Assembly (NCBI GenBank): GCA_963664195.1
Contig: OY760907.1
Span: forward strand, 3,456,001-3,520,000
DNA length: 64,000 nucleotides
Source: an uncultured candidate division Zixibacteria bacterium
Lineage (GTDB): Bacteria; Zixibacteria; MSB-5A5; GN15; FEB-12
Direction of reading: 5' to 3'
The notes below the pieces were generated by a model. It was not told the origin of the DNA and did no database searches. It was given only the letters and a program-made list of their open reading frames with translations. Of this stretch, positions 44,736 through 55,980 are shown in pieces (position 1 is the stretch's first letter; each line of letters opens with the position of its first letter). Both the position numbers and the translations under genes were made by a program.

Positions 44736-45377
44736 ATGAACTGGGTAGACGGCGTACTTATCGCTTTGCTCCTGGCTTCTGTAATTGTTGGATCGAAAAA
44801 GGGCCTTGTTCGTGAGTTGATGGCTTTTGTCATCTTCTTTGCGGCGATCATCTTTTCCGTCAACTACATCGACAACTTCGCGGTCTACGTCTACGAAAAG
44901 CTGGGCGGTTCGCCGCTGGTATCCGCATTCCTTTCGTTTGCGATTCTCCTGGCAGCGTCGTATGCGGCATTCAAACTGCTGGGCCTGTTGTTCTACAAAA
45001 TAGCTGACGTTAAGAATGTCAAGAAACGCGACCAGATGGGCGGTGCCCTGGTAGGATTCCTTCGTGGCTGGACAGCCATCGGTTTCCTCACCTTCATCGT
45101 TTTCCTGTTGCCGTTGCCGGACGCGTTCTATGTTGACTTTGAGGATTCTTTTTTTGGCCCCACGGTTGCGAAAACGGTACCTCTGATGTATGAAAGCACC
45201 GCGCGTATACACCCTCACAATCCGAACTTCCTGAAGAAAATCGAAACCACACTCATCATGGAACCTTCAAAATCCAACGGCGGTCAGGGAATGATGTCTG
45301 AGGAGCGAAGCGAGGTGTATCGCGTAATGTACCAGATTGATCGTTTCTTCAATCTTGAACCTGAAGCGGAGAGCTAA
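44736..45377 (+). CDS. CvpA family (colicin V production) membrane protein
   Basis: MNWVD..GSKKGLVREL and DQMGGALVGFLRG. Confidence 0.85.
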   Translation: MNWVDGVLIALLLASVIVGSKKGLVRELMAFVIFFAAIIFSVNYIDNFAVYVYEKLGGSPLVSAFLSFAILLAASYAAFKLLGLLFYKIADVKNVKKRDQMGGALVGFLRGWTAIGFLTFIVFLLPLPDAFYVDFEDSFFGPTVAKTVPLMYESTARIHPHNPNFLKKIETTLIMEPSKSNGGQGMMSEERSEVYRVMYQIDRFFNLEPEAES

Positions 45378-45460
45378 ATCGGTTTTCATTTGAAATCGAT
45401 TCGCATATATTGGAACCGGCCTCAGGGCCGGTTTTTTATTTGAGCGGAAATGACAGAACC

Positions 45461-47824
45461 ATGATAGACCAACACACATCTCAGACCCTGGAATTTAACA
45501 AGGTCATATCCGGCATACGGGAGTATTGCCTGACGCCGTACGGCCATCGAGAGGTTACTTCCTTCGTGCCGATGTTCAACAAGAAGGACATCGACGTACG
45601 GCAGGCCGAAATCTCCCAGATGAAAGACCTCATCAATTTCGGCAATGCCTTTCCCCTGTACCGTATGGACGACTGCCGCGACCTCCTTGAGAAGTCACGC
45701 ATTGAGGGCACTTTCCTGGCCCCGGATGAAATCCGTGCCGTGCTTGAGCTTGTCGAAATTTCCATTGCCATACACGGCTACGACAAAGAAGCCCGCGAAA
45801 ACTTCCCAGAGCTGACCGCATATCTCGTTCGGATGCGAGCCTTCCCCGAATTGAAAAAAGAAATCAATCGGGCAATCGACGAAGACGGATCCGTAAAGGA
45901 CCGCGCGTCATCTGCGCTGAAGCATATCCGCATGGATCTCGCCGACAGCAAGCGCAAAATCATCAGTCGGCTCGACAGCATCCTCTCCTCGTCCCAGAAG
46001 CAGCCGGGATGGCAGGACGACGTCATCACCCAGCGCAACGATCGGTACGTCATCCCCGTCCTCGCTGGACAATATAAAGCCGACCAGGGAATTCTCCACG
46101 ATCGCAGCCAGTCCGGCGCCACGCTATACGTAGAGCCCAAAGAGACGGTCGAGCTGAATAACAAAGTGAATATGCTGATGCAGGAGGAGCAGGCGGAAAT
46201 CGTCCGTATCCTCCGCGCACTCACAGCAGAGATAGCTCAGCGATGCGAACCGCTGCTTGAAAACACGGAAATCATCGGCAAACTGGACGCCTTCCATGCA
46301 GCCGCGGGATTCGCCAACGAAATCAAAGCCAACCGGCCGATTGTCGATTGCGACGCGCGCTTCGAACTGCAGGAAGCCCGCCATCCTCTGCTGATTCGCC
46401 AGTTCAAAGATATCGAGAAAGTCATTCCCCTGGACCTGAGTCTTGACAGCGACCATCAGGCCGTTCTCATCACCGGTCCCAACACGGGTGGCAAGACAAT
46501 CGCGCTGAAGACAGTCGGTCTCATGGTGCTCATGGCCCAGTGTGGACTGCCGATTCCGGCGAAGGAGACGTCGACCATCGGTATCTTCTCGCAGGTATAT
46601 GCCGACATCGGTGACGAACAGTCGATTGAACTATCACTGTCAACTTTTTCCTCGCACATCCGAAACATCACTCGCGCAGTGAGCAACGTTTCGGACACTG
46701 CTCTGATTCTGCTGGATGAAATCGGCGCCGGCACCGACCCGAAGGAAGGCGCTGCCCTGGCCGAATCCATCATCCTGTACATGGTTGAACAGGGCGCACG
46801 GCTGCTGTCCTCGACGCACTACTCGCAACTGAAGACGCTTGCGCTGGATCATCAGGAGATCGAAAACGCGTCGCTCGAATTCGACCGGGAGACCCTCGCC
46901 CCAACCTACCGGTTGCAAATGGGCATTCCGGGATCATCGTACGCAGTCGAGATAGCGGGACGGCTGGGCATGCCCAAATCGATCTGTGACCATGCGACCT
47001 CTTTGCTGGGTACCGGAGAGCGAACACTCGCGGACTTGATTTCATCGCTGGAAACGGAACTGGCACAGGTACGAGAAGACAAAGTCCGCCTATCCGAACG
47101 TCTGGCAAGAGCGGAAGCGCTCGAAGCTATCTACAAGGACAAAACCGACAAGCTGAAAGAAGAGATCGAGAATACTCGCACCGAGTCTCTCAAAGAGACC
47201 AACGAGCTTCTTGAAACGACGCGAAAAGAGACCGAGCGGCTCGTAGCAGAAATTCGCAAGTCTCAGGCTGATGGCAAGTCAGTCAAGACTATCCATCACT
47301 TCCTCAAGGACTCCCAGGAGAAAGTAAAAAGCGTTCGCCAGCGTGCTGACAAGAAAAGAGATATCCAGTCTGACCCTGCCAGCTTCCGGACAGGTGATTC
47401 TGTTCGTATCATCTCCCTCAACCACGAAGGCGAGATTGACGAAATCATCGGCGGCCAGCGTGCCCGCGTCCGAGTCGGGTCCGTGAGCACAGTTGTAGAA
47501 CTTCGCAATCTTGAGAAACTCCAGAAGCGGTCGGCCATGGCAAAGCGTGCGTCCGCCGGATCATTCCCTTCCACCGGCGAGATGAGCCCGGAGATTCACC
47601 TGCGCGGCATGACGGGTGACGAGGCGATGGAAGCCGTCGATCAGTTCATCGACCGGGCGGTCGTCGCCGGACTGCACCAGATATATGTCGTTCACGGCAA
47701 GGGCACCGGGGCGCTGCGTCGAGTGTTAAGCACCTTTCTCAAGGAACATCGTGAAGTCGACTCCCTGCGTCTCGGCAACTGGAACGAGGGCGGCGCAGGC
47801 GTAACAATCGTGAAACTGAAGTAA
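45461..47824 (+). CDS. mutS2: Endonuclease MutS2
   Basis: LEFNKV, ITGPNTGGKT, DIGDEQSI, DEIGAGTDP, C-terminal Smr domain HGKGTG. Confidence 0.95.
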   Translation: MIDQHTSQTLEFNKVISGIREYCLTPYGHREVTSFVPMFNKKDIDVRQAEISQMKDLINFGNAFPLYRMDDCRDLLEKSRIEGTFLAPDEIRAVLELVEISIAIHGYDKEARENFPELTAYLVRMRAFPELKKEINRAIDEDGSVKDRASSALKHIRMDLADSKRKIISRLDSILSSSQKQPGWQDDVITQRNDRYVIPVLAGQYKADQGILHDRSQSGATLYVEPKETVELNNKVNMLMQEEQAEIVRILRALTAEIAQRCEPLLENTEIIGKLDAFHAAAGFANEIKANRPIVDCDARFELQEARHPLLIRQFKDIEKVIPLDLSLDSDHQAVLITGPNTGGKTIALKTVGLMVLMAQCGLPIPAKETSTIGIFSQVYADIGDEQSIELSLSTFSSHIRNITRAVSNVSDTALILLDEIGAGTDPKEGAALAESIILYMVEQGARLLSSTHYSQLKTLALDHQEIENASLEFDRETLAPTYRLQMGIPGSSYAVEIAGRLGMPKSICDHATSLLGTGERTLADLISSLETELAQVREDKVRLSERLARAEALEAIYKDKTDKLKEEIENTRTESLKETNELLETTRKETERLVAEIRKSQADGKSVKTIHHFLKDSQEKVKSVRQRADKKRDIQSDPASFRTGDSVRIISLNHEGEIDEIIGGQRARVRVGSVSTVVELRNLEKLQKRSAMAKRASAGSFPSTGEMSPEIHLRGMTGDEAMEAVDQFIDRAVVAGLHQIYVVHGKGTGALRRVLSTFLKEHREVDSLRLGNWNEGGAGVTIVKLK

Positions 47825-49554
47825 TGATACCGCAGGATGTCATAGAGCAGGTCCGTCAGGCGACCGACATCGCACAGATAGTCGGCGAATACGTGCGCCT
47901 GAAGCAGCGCGGCAAGAACTTCAAAGGCATCTGCCCTTTTCACGTCGAAAAAACACCTTCGTTTAACGTCAACACCGACAAACAGATTTTCCACTGCTTC
48001 GGATGCGGCAAAGGGGGCAACGTCTTCACGTTCCTCATGGAGCACGAGAAGATGTCGTTCGTCGACGCCGTCAAACATCTCGCCCGCAAAGCAAACATCG
48101 TCATCAAAGAGAGCGGATCCGACCAGAACCGGGAACGGTTTGAGCGACTCAACTATGCTCACACAGTCGCAGTTGACTATTTCCACAAACTGCTGTTCGA
48201 CAAGAGATACGATGTCGTTCTGACAGATTACTTGATGAACAAACGCGGCATCTCGCACGACACGATCGAAGAATTCCAACTCGGTTTCGCCGGTGAAGCG
48301 TGGGACGGCTTGCTAAACGAGGCTGCTCGCAAGGACATCAAGGGCGAAGAAATGGCCCGCGCCGGCCTCGCAGGCAAGTCTGAAAAAACCGGCAATTACT
48401 TCGACCGCTTCCGCTACCGCTTGATGATTCCGATTTACAACCTCAGCGGCAAACCGATTGCCTTTGGCGGACGGACGATGAAGAAGGGCGAACCGGCAAA
48501 GTATGTCAATTCGCCCGAGACGCCGCTCTACAGCAAGAGCAACGTCCTGTATGGACTGAACTTCTCACGCGATCACATCCGCGACTCAAAACAAGTGTAC
48601 GTTGTCGAGGGATATTTCGATGTCATCTCGCTCTGGCAGGTTGGCATCAAAAACGTCGTGGCCTCGTCCGGGACCGCCTTCACTGAGCAGCAGGCGCGAC
48701 TTCTGGCCCGATTCGCCGAGGAAGTCTATCTCTTTTTCGATGCCGACTCCGCCGGGCAGCAGGCCGCCTTACGGTCTGTCGATGCCTTGTTTGATGCGGG
48801 CCTTGAGGTGAAGGTCATTCAGGCCCCCGAGGGTGAAGACCCAGATTCACTGGCCCGCGAACACGGCGTGGCAATGATCGAGAATCTGCGGGACCATGCG
48901 CTCGGCTTCATCCCGTACCGTCTTCAGGATGCCTCGCCTCACACCTCCGGAATAATGGGACGGGAAAAACTTGTCAAAGAGCTGTCTGCGCTGGCAGCGA
49001 AAATCAGTGATCCAACCCGCCGCGCCCTCTTCATTCAGGAAGCCGCCGCCAGTCTCGACGTCAACCAGGCGCTAATCCGCGAAGCAGGACGCGGCCTCGT
49101 CCCAGCCGAAACGAAAGCCCCCTCCCTGACCAATTCGCTGGTGCGATGGGAACGCGATTTCATCTCGCTGCTGCTGAACAACCCACCGTCGATCCGGTAT
49201 GCGCTTGAGAATATTGCACCGGATGATTTTGACTCCAGGCGCATCTCGCGATTGTATAGCGCCATTATTCAACAGCACAGCATGGACGGCGAAGTACATG
49301 CCGGACGTCTCATGGAGAATTTCGATGACGAGGAAGCCGTCTCGCTCCTCAGCGAAGTAGCCACTATCGAATGGGATGAGGAAACGCTCGAGGAAGAGAC
49401 AATCCGACACACCAGGGACATTCTCCAGCGAAAAGAGAAACGCATTCGGAAACGATATCTTGATGCCCTCAAAGCCGCCGAAGCCGAAGGTGACCAGGAC
49501 CGGGCCGACGAAATCGTTCAGGAAATGAAACAGCACGGGTTGTACGATGCTTAA
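47824..49554 (+). CDS. dnaG: DNA primase
   Basis: CPFH..CFGC zinc finger, KYVNSPET, VEGYFDV, FDADSAG. Confidence 0.97.
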   Translation: MIPQDVIEQVRQATDIAQIVGEYVRLKQRGKNFKGICPFHVEKTPSFNVNTDKQIFHCFGCGKGGNVFTFLMEHEKMSFVDAVKHLARKANIVIKESGSDQNRERFERLNYAHTVAVDYFHKLLFDKRYDVVLTDYLMNKRGISHDTIEEFQLGFAGEAWDGLLNEAARKDIKGEEMARAGLAGKSEKTGNYFDRFRYRLMIPIYNLSGKPIAFGGRTMKKGEPAKYVNSPETPLYSKSNVLYGLNFSRDHIRDSKQVYVVEGYFDVISLWQVGIKNVVASSGTAFTEQQARLLARFAEEVYLFFDADSAGQQAALRSVDALFDAGLEVKVIQAPEGEDPDSLAREHGVAMIENLRDHALGFIPYRLQDASPHTSGIMGREKLVKELSALAAKISDPTRRALFIQEAAASLDVNQALIREAGRGLVPAETKAPSLTNSLVRWERDFISLLLNNPPSIRYALENIAPDDFDSRRISRLYSAIIQQHSMDGEVHAGRLMENFDDEEAVSLLSEVATIEWDEETLEEETIRHTRDILQRKEKRIRKRYLDALKAAEAEGDQDRADEIVQEMKQHGLYDA

Positions 49555-51202
49555 CCGTCTGAAGATATCGAACTTCGCGCTTGTCGAAGATGTCGAGCTG
49601 ACTCTCGGCAAGGGGATGACGGTCCTCACTGGCGAGACAGGTGCCGGCAAATCAGTAATTGTTACCGCGCTCGGACTGGTGCTTGGTGATCGAGCCGACC
49701 GCGAACACATCCGCCACGGTACAACGCTCGCCACGGTTGAGGCGACATTTACAGTCGACCGTATGGCCAGGACCTATCGCGACAGGTTTGAAGAGTTCCT
49801 CAGTAACAATGAATTCACCGTCACCCGTGAGCTTCGTAAGGACGGGTCGTCCAAGGTCCGCCTGAACGGCATGACGACGACGGTAGCCAAACTGAGGGAG
49901 CTGACCTCTCCCCTGGCTGAGATACTCGGACAACATGCCAACCAATTGCTACTGGACGAGTCAAACCATTTGTTATTCCTCGATAGGTTTGCGGCGCTTG
50001 ATTCGGACCGGGAGGAGATTGCAGAGTTGTACACTGCCTGGGAAAAAGCTCACAACCATCTCAAGAAGATCAAGGCACGCCGCGATCAACTCGCCAAAGA
50101 ACGTGAACTGCTTCTGTTCCAACAGAACGAAATCGACCAGGCGCAAATCCGTGTGGGCGAAGAAGAAGAACTCGTCGCCGAGCGACGGATTCTCGATTCG
50201 TCACGCACTCTCATCGAGTCATCGGCCCTGCTGCAGGAAATCCTTGACGGCGAGGGACACTCCGTCCTCGACAACCTGCGCGCCGCCCGCAAGGAGATCG
50301 ACAAGATAGCGGCTATCGACCCCGCCCTTCAGCCACAAGTCGAACAGGTCGCCGATCTGGACTTCAGACTCGAAGATCTCCGGGCATACTTCGAGCAGTA
50401 CGGCTCTTCGATTCCGGATGATCCGAAACGCCTCGAAGAAATCAATCTCAGGCTCGATGATATCTACAATCTCAAGCAGAAATACGGCGGCTCGGAAGAC
50501 TCCATCCTCAGGATGTTGGAAGACATTCAACAGAAACTGGTGGATCGACCCGATATCGACATCCAGATATCGACCCTTGAAAGAGACACCCGGGAGCGGC
50601 GCGAACACTATGCTGTGAAAGCACTCACGCTTTCGGAAGTCCGCAAGAAAGCGGCGAAGTATCTCCAGAAACTTACTGTGAAAGAGCTGAAGGACCTGGC
50701 TATCGACAAGGCCGGATTCGAGTGCGACTTCGTCTATGAGGATCGATCCGGCGGAGTTGAAATCGACGGCCGTACGGTAAAGCCGCACCCGCACGGCCTG
50801 GAAAACGTCTACTTCCGATTCTCCGCCAATCCGGGGGAGCCGCTAAAATCGCTGGTCAGAACGGCCTCCGGTGGTGAGATTTCCCGGGTCCTGCTGGCTC
50901 TGAAAGCCGCCGAAAAGAAAAACAACAACCTCGCCCAATCTCTGCTCGTATTCGACGAAGTCGATGCCGGCATAGGCGGCCAGACAGGGATCGAAGTAGG
51001 AAAGAAAATCAAGAAGCTGGCCGAATCGGCACAAGTACTCGTCATCACCCACCTTCACCAGATTGCCCGTCTCGCTGACCAACATCTGCTGGCCACCAAA
51101 ACGACTGCGAGAGGAAAGCGAATCACCATCGACGTGGCACAGCTCGACGCCGCCGGTGTCCAAGACGAACTCAATCGCATGGTTGCCCTACCCGAAGACT
51201 GA
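49547..51202 (+). CDS. recN: DNA repair protein RecN
   Basis: TGETGAGKS, ASGGEISR, FDEVDAG, ITHLHQ. Confidence 0.95.
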   Translation: MLNRLKISNFALVEDVELTLGKGMTVLTGETGAGKSVIVTALGLVLGDRADREHIRHGTTLATVEATFTVDRMARTYRDRFEEFLSNNEFTVTRELRKDGSSKVRLNGMTTTVAKLRELTSPLAEILGQHANQLLLDESNHLLFLDRFAALDSDREEIAELYTAWEKAHNHLKKIKARRDQLAKERELLLFQQNEIDQAQIRVGEEEELVAERRILDSSRTLIESSALLQEILDGEGHSVLDNLRAARKEIDKIAAIDPALQPQVEQVADLDFRLEDLRAYFEQYGSSIPDDPKRLEEINLRLDDIYNLKQKYGGSEDSILRMLEDIQQKLVDRPDIDIQISTLERDTRERREHYAVKALTLSEVRKKAAKYLQKLTVKELKDLAIDKAGFECDFVYEDRSGGVEIDGRTVKPHPHGLENVYFRFSANPGEPLKSLVRTASGGEISRVLLALKAAEKKNNNLAQSLLVFDEVDAGIGGQTGIEVGKKIKKLAESAQVLVITHLHQIARLADQHLLATKTTARGKRITIDVAQLDAAGVQDELNRMVALPED

Positions 51203-51324
51203 TCTGGCGCACTGCGTGCCATTTTTGAATTGACGCAGAATTCGCTTGAGTTCTCCGGCAACTTCCGCAATCTTGTACCGTAGCTTCTCAGATACACTAT
51301 CGGAGTCGGGATAAGGGGATACCA

Positions 51325-53751
51325 TTGGCAACGCTACGAATCGCCCGCACCGTAAGATTCTTCATCAGTTCCCTCGTATCTTCGCTCCTACTGGTCGTAC
51401 TTGTTTTCGGACAACAGAAGGACAAGCCACACACAGCCGCCCGGACCTCCGGGAGTATTTGTGGGACGGTAACGGCCGCCGGCTCACAGAAACCGCTTGC
51501 AGGCGCAAACATCCTTTTGACGAACAGGTTTGGAGGCACCTCCACCGACACATCGGGCACATTCCAGATCAAAAGGCTCTCCCCCGGAACCTACTCAGTG
51601 AAAATCAGTTTCGTCGGCTACGAATCGAAACAAGTCGATGAGATTTCGGTTGTCTCCGGTCAGCCTGCCACCGTTGATGTGATGTTGATTGAGAAACCGG
51701 CAACCCTGAAAGGCATCACGGTAACCCCCGGCCGCTTCACGATAATGGGCGAGGAAGCAACCACCAGCCAGACTCTCACCAGACGGGAGATCGAAACCCT
51801 TCCCCAGCTTGGCGATGATCTTTATCGCGCGGTGCAGCGCCTGCCCGGCATGGCATCCGATGATTTCTCCACTAAATTCAGGGTGAGGGGCGGCGAATAT
51901 GACGAAGTATTGGCGACTCTTGATGGCCTCCAGATCTACGAACCCTTCCACCTGAAAGACATCAAGGGGGGAGCAATGAGCATTGTCGACGTATCTTCGG
52001 TGGAAGGCATTGACTTGATGACCGGCGGGTTCACCGCCGAATACGGCGACCGGATGAGCGCGGTGTTCAACATACGTTCCAAACAGCCCGCACCAGATCA
52101 CAACAGGCTCTCCCTCAGCGCCAGTTTCCTGAACACACGCCTGACTTCAGAAGGCACCTTCAACGACAATAGAGGCTCGTGGCTGGCGTCGGTTCGTCGC
52201 GGATATATTGACCTCGTATTGAAAATTATGGGGGAAAGCGACCTGATACGTCCTACCTACTACGATCTGTTCGGCAAAGTACAATACAAACTGGGGTCCA
52301 GACATGTCTTCTCAACCAGCGTTCTCCATGCTGGCGACTACTTGAAGGTATTTGAAGATGAAGAAAACAGCGCGGATTCCATGGAAGCGTCCTGGAGCAA
52401 CAGCTACGCCTGGATGACCCTCCACTCAGAACTGCACCCGAGGCTACTTGCCCGAACGATCGCTTCGGCGGGAAAGGTAACCCACGACCGCTGGGGGCAG
52501 GGGCTCTGGGGAGACGCACGGTACCTCGACTCCCGGACCAACGACAAACAGAAGTTCACCGCACTGGGTTTCAAAAGTGACGTCGAATGGGAATTGTCAG
52601 ACGGTCAGCTATTCAAGCTGGGCGGCGAACTGCAATCGTTGGACGCCGAATACGATTACTTCAGCGAGATATGGGACTACAGCTCCCGCTGGACGCCGGA
52701 CAGTACTTATTACGTGGTGGAAGACATCGACTCAACCATCGTTAACATCAATCCATCCGGTGAGAAGTTCGGCGCCTATCTGTCAAGCCGCACACGTTTG
52801 GCAAAGCCGCTCACGGCAGAAGTCGGGGTGCGCTACGATCATTGCTCGTACACCGAAGATGACAACCTCTCCCCGCGCGTGAGCCTGGTCTGTAACTTTG
52901 GCGAACGAACCTCGCTCAAACTGGGATGGGGGCACTTCTATCAGACTCAGCGGATCGATGAAATCTCTGTCGGCGACGGGGACACGCAGTTCTATCCGGC
53001 GGAAAGGGCCGAACACAGAGTCCTGGGTTTTGAGCATGCTTTGGAGTCTGGGCTCCACTTCCGCGTCGAAGCCTACTACAAGAAGTACACCGACCTGCGT
53101 CCGGAATTCAGAAATACCCAGCTTCTGATGAGTCCCTTCCCGGAAGTCGAATACGACCGCGTGCTCGTGTATCGCAGCGAAGCGACCTCCAAAGGACTCG
53201 AACTGTACTTCAAGAAGATTTCCGACGGAAAGATTAATTGGTGGTTGAGTTACGCTTGCGCCAAAATAGTAGACGATGTGCACATGGTGCTGTTCGCGGA
53301 TGATATTCTTGGAGCAGCCATCAACCGCTACATGCTCAATCCGGCAGACCAGCGCCACACGCTGTATCTCGATGTCAGCTACACGCCGAATGCGAACTGG
53401 CAGTTCAATCTCGCGGCGCAAATGCACAGCGGTGCGCTCTATACCGACTTCTCCATCCGCACCGTTGTACTCAACAATCGTGTCTACTGGTATTGGCAGT
53501 CAGGTGAATTGTGGGGATCACAACACGAAACTTTCAGTCGAGTCGACCTTCGCATGAACAGGTATTTCAATGTATCAAGAGGACGTTTTGCCCTCTACGC
53601 CGAAGTGCTTAACGTGCTCAACAGGAAAAATGTCAGAGACTACGAGTACCAGGTACACCGCACTCCGACAGGTTACCAACTGATAGCCGAGCCGGAACAC
53701 TGGTTTGGCCTCATGCCCTCTCTGGGCGTGACATACACCTGCGACTTGTGA
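51325..53751 (+). CDS. TonB-dependent receptor with N-terminal carboxypeptidase-regulatory-like domain
   Basis: GTSTDTSGTF..SFVGY; plug domain VRGGEYDE and GGFTAEYG; beta-barrel C-terminus. Confidence 0.88.
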   Translation: MATLRIARTVRFFISSLVSSLLLVVLVFGQQKDKPHTAARTSGSICGTVTAAGSQKPLAGANILLTNRFGGTSTDTSGTFQIKRLSPGTYSVKISFVGYESKQVDEISVVSGQPATVDVMLIEKPATLKGITVTPGRFTIMGEEATTSQTLTRREIETLPQLGDDLYRAVQRLPGMASDDFSTKFRVRGGEYDEVLATLDGLQIYEPFHLKDIKGGAMSIVDVSSVEGIDLMTGGFTAEYGDRMSAVFNIRSKQPAPDHNRLSLSASFLNTRLTSEGTFNDNRGSWLASVRRGYIDLVLKIMGESDLIRPTYYDLFGKVQYKLGSRHVFSTSVLHAGDYLKVFEDEENSADSMEASWSNSYAWMTLHSELHPRLLARTIASAGKVTHDRWGQGLWGDARYLDSRTNDKQKFTALGFKSDVEWELSDGQLFKLGGELQSLDAEYDYFSEIWDYSSRWTPDSTYYVVEDIDSTIVNINPSGEKFGAYLSSRTRLAKPLTAEVGVRYDHCSYTEDDNLSPRVSLVCNFGERTSLKLGWGHFYQTQRIDEISVGDGDTQFYPAERAEHRVLGFEHALESGLHFRVEAYYKKYTDLRPEFRNTQLLMSPFPEVEYDRVLVYRSEATSKGLELYFKKISDGKINWWLSYACAKIVDDVHMVLFADDILGAAINRYMLNPADQRHTLYLDVSYTPNANWQFNLAAQMHSGALYTDFSIRTVVLNNRVYWYWQSGELWGSQHETFSRVDLRMNRYFNVSRGRFALYAEVLNVLNRKNVRDYEYQVHRTPTGYQLIAEPEHWFGLMPSLGVTYTCDL

Positions 53752-54061
53752 AGTGGCACAACCACGCACGGGGAAACTGAAAACCGACCACCACCACTCC
53801 GGTGTGAAATATGCTACCCCGTCTACACGAAACGTCAAATTCTTCGCCCGTTTCCGACAATTACCAAACACGCCTCTCCGCCATCGCGTACAAACGCTAC
53901 AGGGCAAGATGCACATTACTCGATACAGGTCTGACACCACGAATTCGTACCAGCGTTTTTTGTTTTTTTGACTCAGGTCGAAGGAACCCGTCTGAAACAG
54001 TGCTTTCCCACGCGAACCAGGGAAGCCCAAACCGTGAAGACTGTCAACGGGAGAGGTTCCA

Positions 54062-54331
54062 TTGTCTTACAACCACAATAGCTTTGGTCAGGAAGAGGGC
54101 CTCAGGGTTCGCTTTGAGGAACAGACCCTGCCGCACCTCGACACACTCCTTAGAGTGGCCCTTCACCTGGCTCCCGATGAACACGAGGCAGAACGCCTCG
54201 TAAGAGAATTGCTCGTACGGACGTACCGCCAGTGGTCGCAGACGGGCGTGGACGAATTGAATCGAGCTGGCCTTGTCCGGTCCATGGTCAATCGATTCTA
54301 CGACAATCACCTGTCTGTCGAACACGCATGA
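54062..54331 (+). pseudogene. Truncated ECF sigma factor (region 2 only)
   Basis: FEEQTLPHLDTLLRVALHL..EAERLV resembles sigma70 region 2; region 4 absent; GGGAGAGG RBS. Confidence 0.55.
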
Positions 54332-54349
54332 TTCTCAACAGGAAGAGAA

Positions 54350-55217
54350 TCACTGGCTGGTGATCTGATCAATCAGGTCGGCATCGTCCGGCAGAAGCTC
54401 GGACCTCACGAGCCGGGGAACGAGTATCCGCCAATTCTCATCCTGCTCAAACACACGCTTGAAGATAGGCAGCGAGCGTTCAACCTGACCGATCGAAGCC
54501 AGTGTCACTGCATGCCAGAAGAGAATCTCCTGGTTTCCCGGCGCCAACTCGGCCGCTTCGGCATAAGCAACGGCGGCTTCATCAAACATCTCCTCGGCGA
54601 TGAACTCGTCCCCCTCATTCATTTTGTCGTACGCCCGGGAGACATTCAACAACCGCCTGAGCTCCTTGAGCGGTTCCGGGGAATCGTCCACCCGGAGATC
54701 AACCAGCCGGTCCCGCCAACTCTGACCGGTCGGTTCGCCGGTGACAACCACCATCGCCGCGGACTGCATCCCCCGAATGTCACCTCCCTCTTCCTGTGCC
54801 GCCTCAAGAGCCGCCATCATTCGTTCGGCGAGATCACTCTCAGTTGACTCAAATGCCTCGGCCATCGCATCCCAGACCGTGTTCTTCTCCATGAGATTCG
54901 CCTGCACAGAGTAGTTGGCTCCGATCCGGTGTCCGGCCTCAGCGATACAATTCCCCCCCGTGTGCACAGAGATGACACCACTGGCATCAATCATCGCTAC
55001 CTGCCTGACGTCACTGCCGGGATCGGAGACGAGCAACCCCGTCAGCGCCTCTTCTGCCGACTTTCCGTAACTCATCATTTCAAGTCCAAGCGGTCCATAC
55101 GAAAACTCTGCCAGCGACTGAGTTGCAACCGCGCCGACGCCCGGCTCGACCCAGATAACGTCGGCCACCTTGAACCAGTGCGACTGCAATCAGGATCGCC
55201 GCCAGGTACTCAGACAT
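54350..55217 (-). pseudogene. DUF1028 (Ntn-hydrolase-like) + TPR protein with a 5' internal deletion
   Basis: QSHWF, GVGAVATQS, GGDIRGMQSA, DLRVDD motifs. The RBS-preceded ATG at 55217 is out of frame and the family's N-terminal TxSIVA segment is missing. Confidence 0.7.
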
Positions 55218-55404
55218 AACTCCTCCACGGCCCCTTGACACAAGAGTTAGCTCAATCTAGCACTGTCCTGCTGCAGAGCGTCAAGCGCCTTCAGACTATG
55301 TTTTTTGAATTGCATAACTATAATCTGCCGAATAACTTGACGATCAACATAAAAACCCGACCAAAAAACGATCTGTTTATTGAATAAAGAGCGAATCGCG
55401 GAGT

Positions 55405-55980
55405 ATGACCGGTACGAAGGATAGCAAACCTATGGATATTGATTCCGCACTGGTCATGGATATTGGAGCTGGAAACAAGAAGGCGTTTCAAGAGCTTGTC
55501 GAAAAGCACAAGAAATCAGCCTTCCGGATGGCTCTCGGGCTTGTAGGCAACCGCGACGATGCCTTTGACATCTCGCAGGAGGCTTTTCTCCGCGTGTACA
55601 AGTCGGCCGGGACATTTGATCAGGACAAGCCGTTTCTCCCCTGGTTCTATACCATTATCGCCAACCTCAGCCGAACATGGCTCCGGCGCCGCACCCGTCG
55701 AGATAACAAGATGGTCGATGTCGACGATGCCGAGTATCTGCTGGTCTCCGAGGATAACCCCGAACAGGCGATTATCCAGAAAGAAACCTCCGGGCGACTC
55801 CGCGATGCCCTTATGCTGCTTTCCTTTGATGATCGCGAAATCATTACTCTGCAACACTTCAGGGGAATGTCATACGACGAGATTGCCGGTCTCTTGGGAA
55901 TTCCGCGCGGCACCGTGATGTCACGTTTGTATTACGCGCGGAAGAGACTGGCCAAGCTCATGAGGCAACACGATGGATGA
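55405..55980 (+). CDS. ECF RNA polymerase sigma factor
   Basis: DAFDISQEAFLRVY; SYDEIAGLLGIPRGTVMSRLYYAR. Confidence 0.92.
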   Translation: MTGTKDSKPMDIDSALVMDIGAGNKKAFQELVEKHKKSAFRMALGLVGNRDDAFDISQEAFLRVYKSAGTFDQDKPFLPWFYTIIANLSRTWLRRRTRRDNKMVDVDDAEYLLVSEDNPEQAIIQKETSGRLRDALMLLSFDDREIITLQHFRGMSYDEIAGLLGIPRGTVMSRLYYARKRLAKLMRQHDG

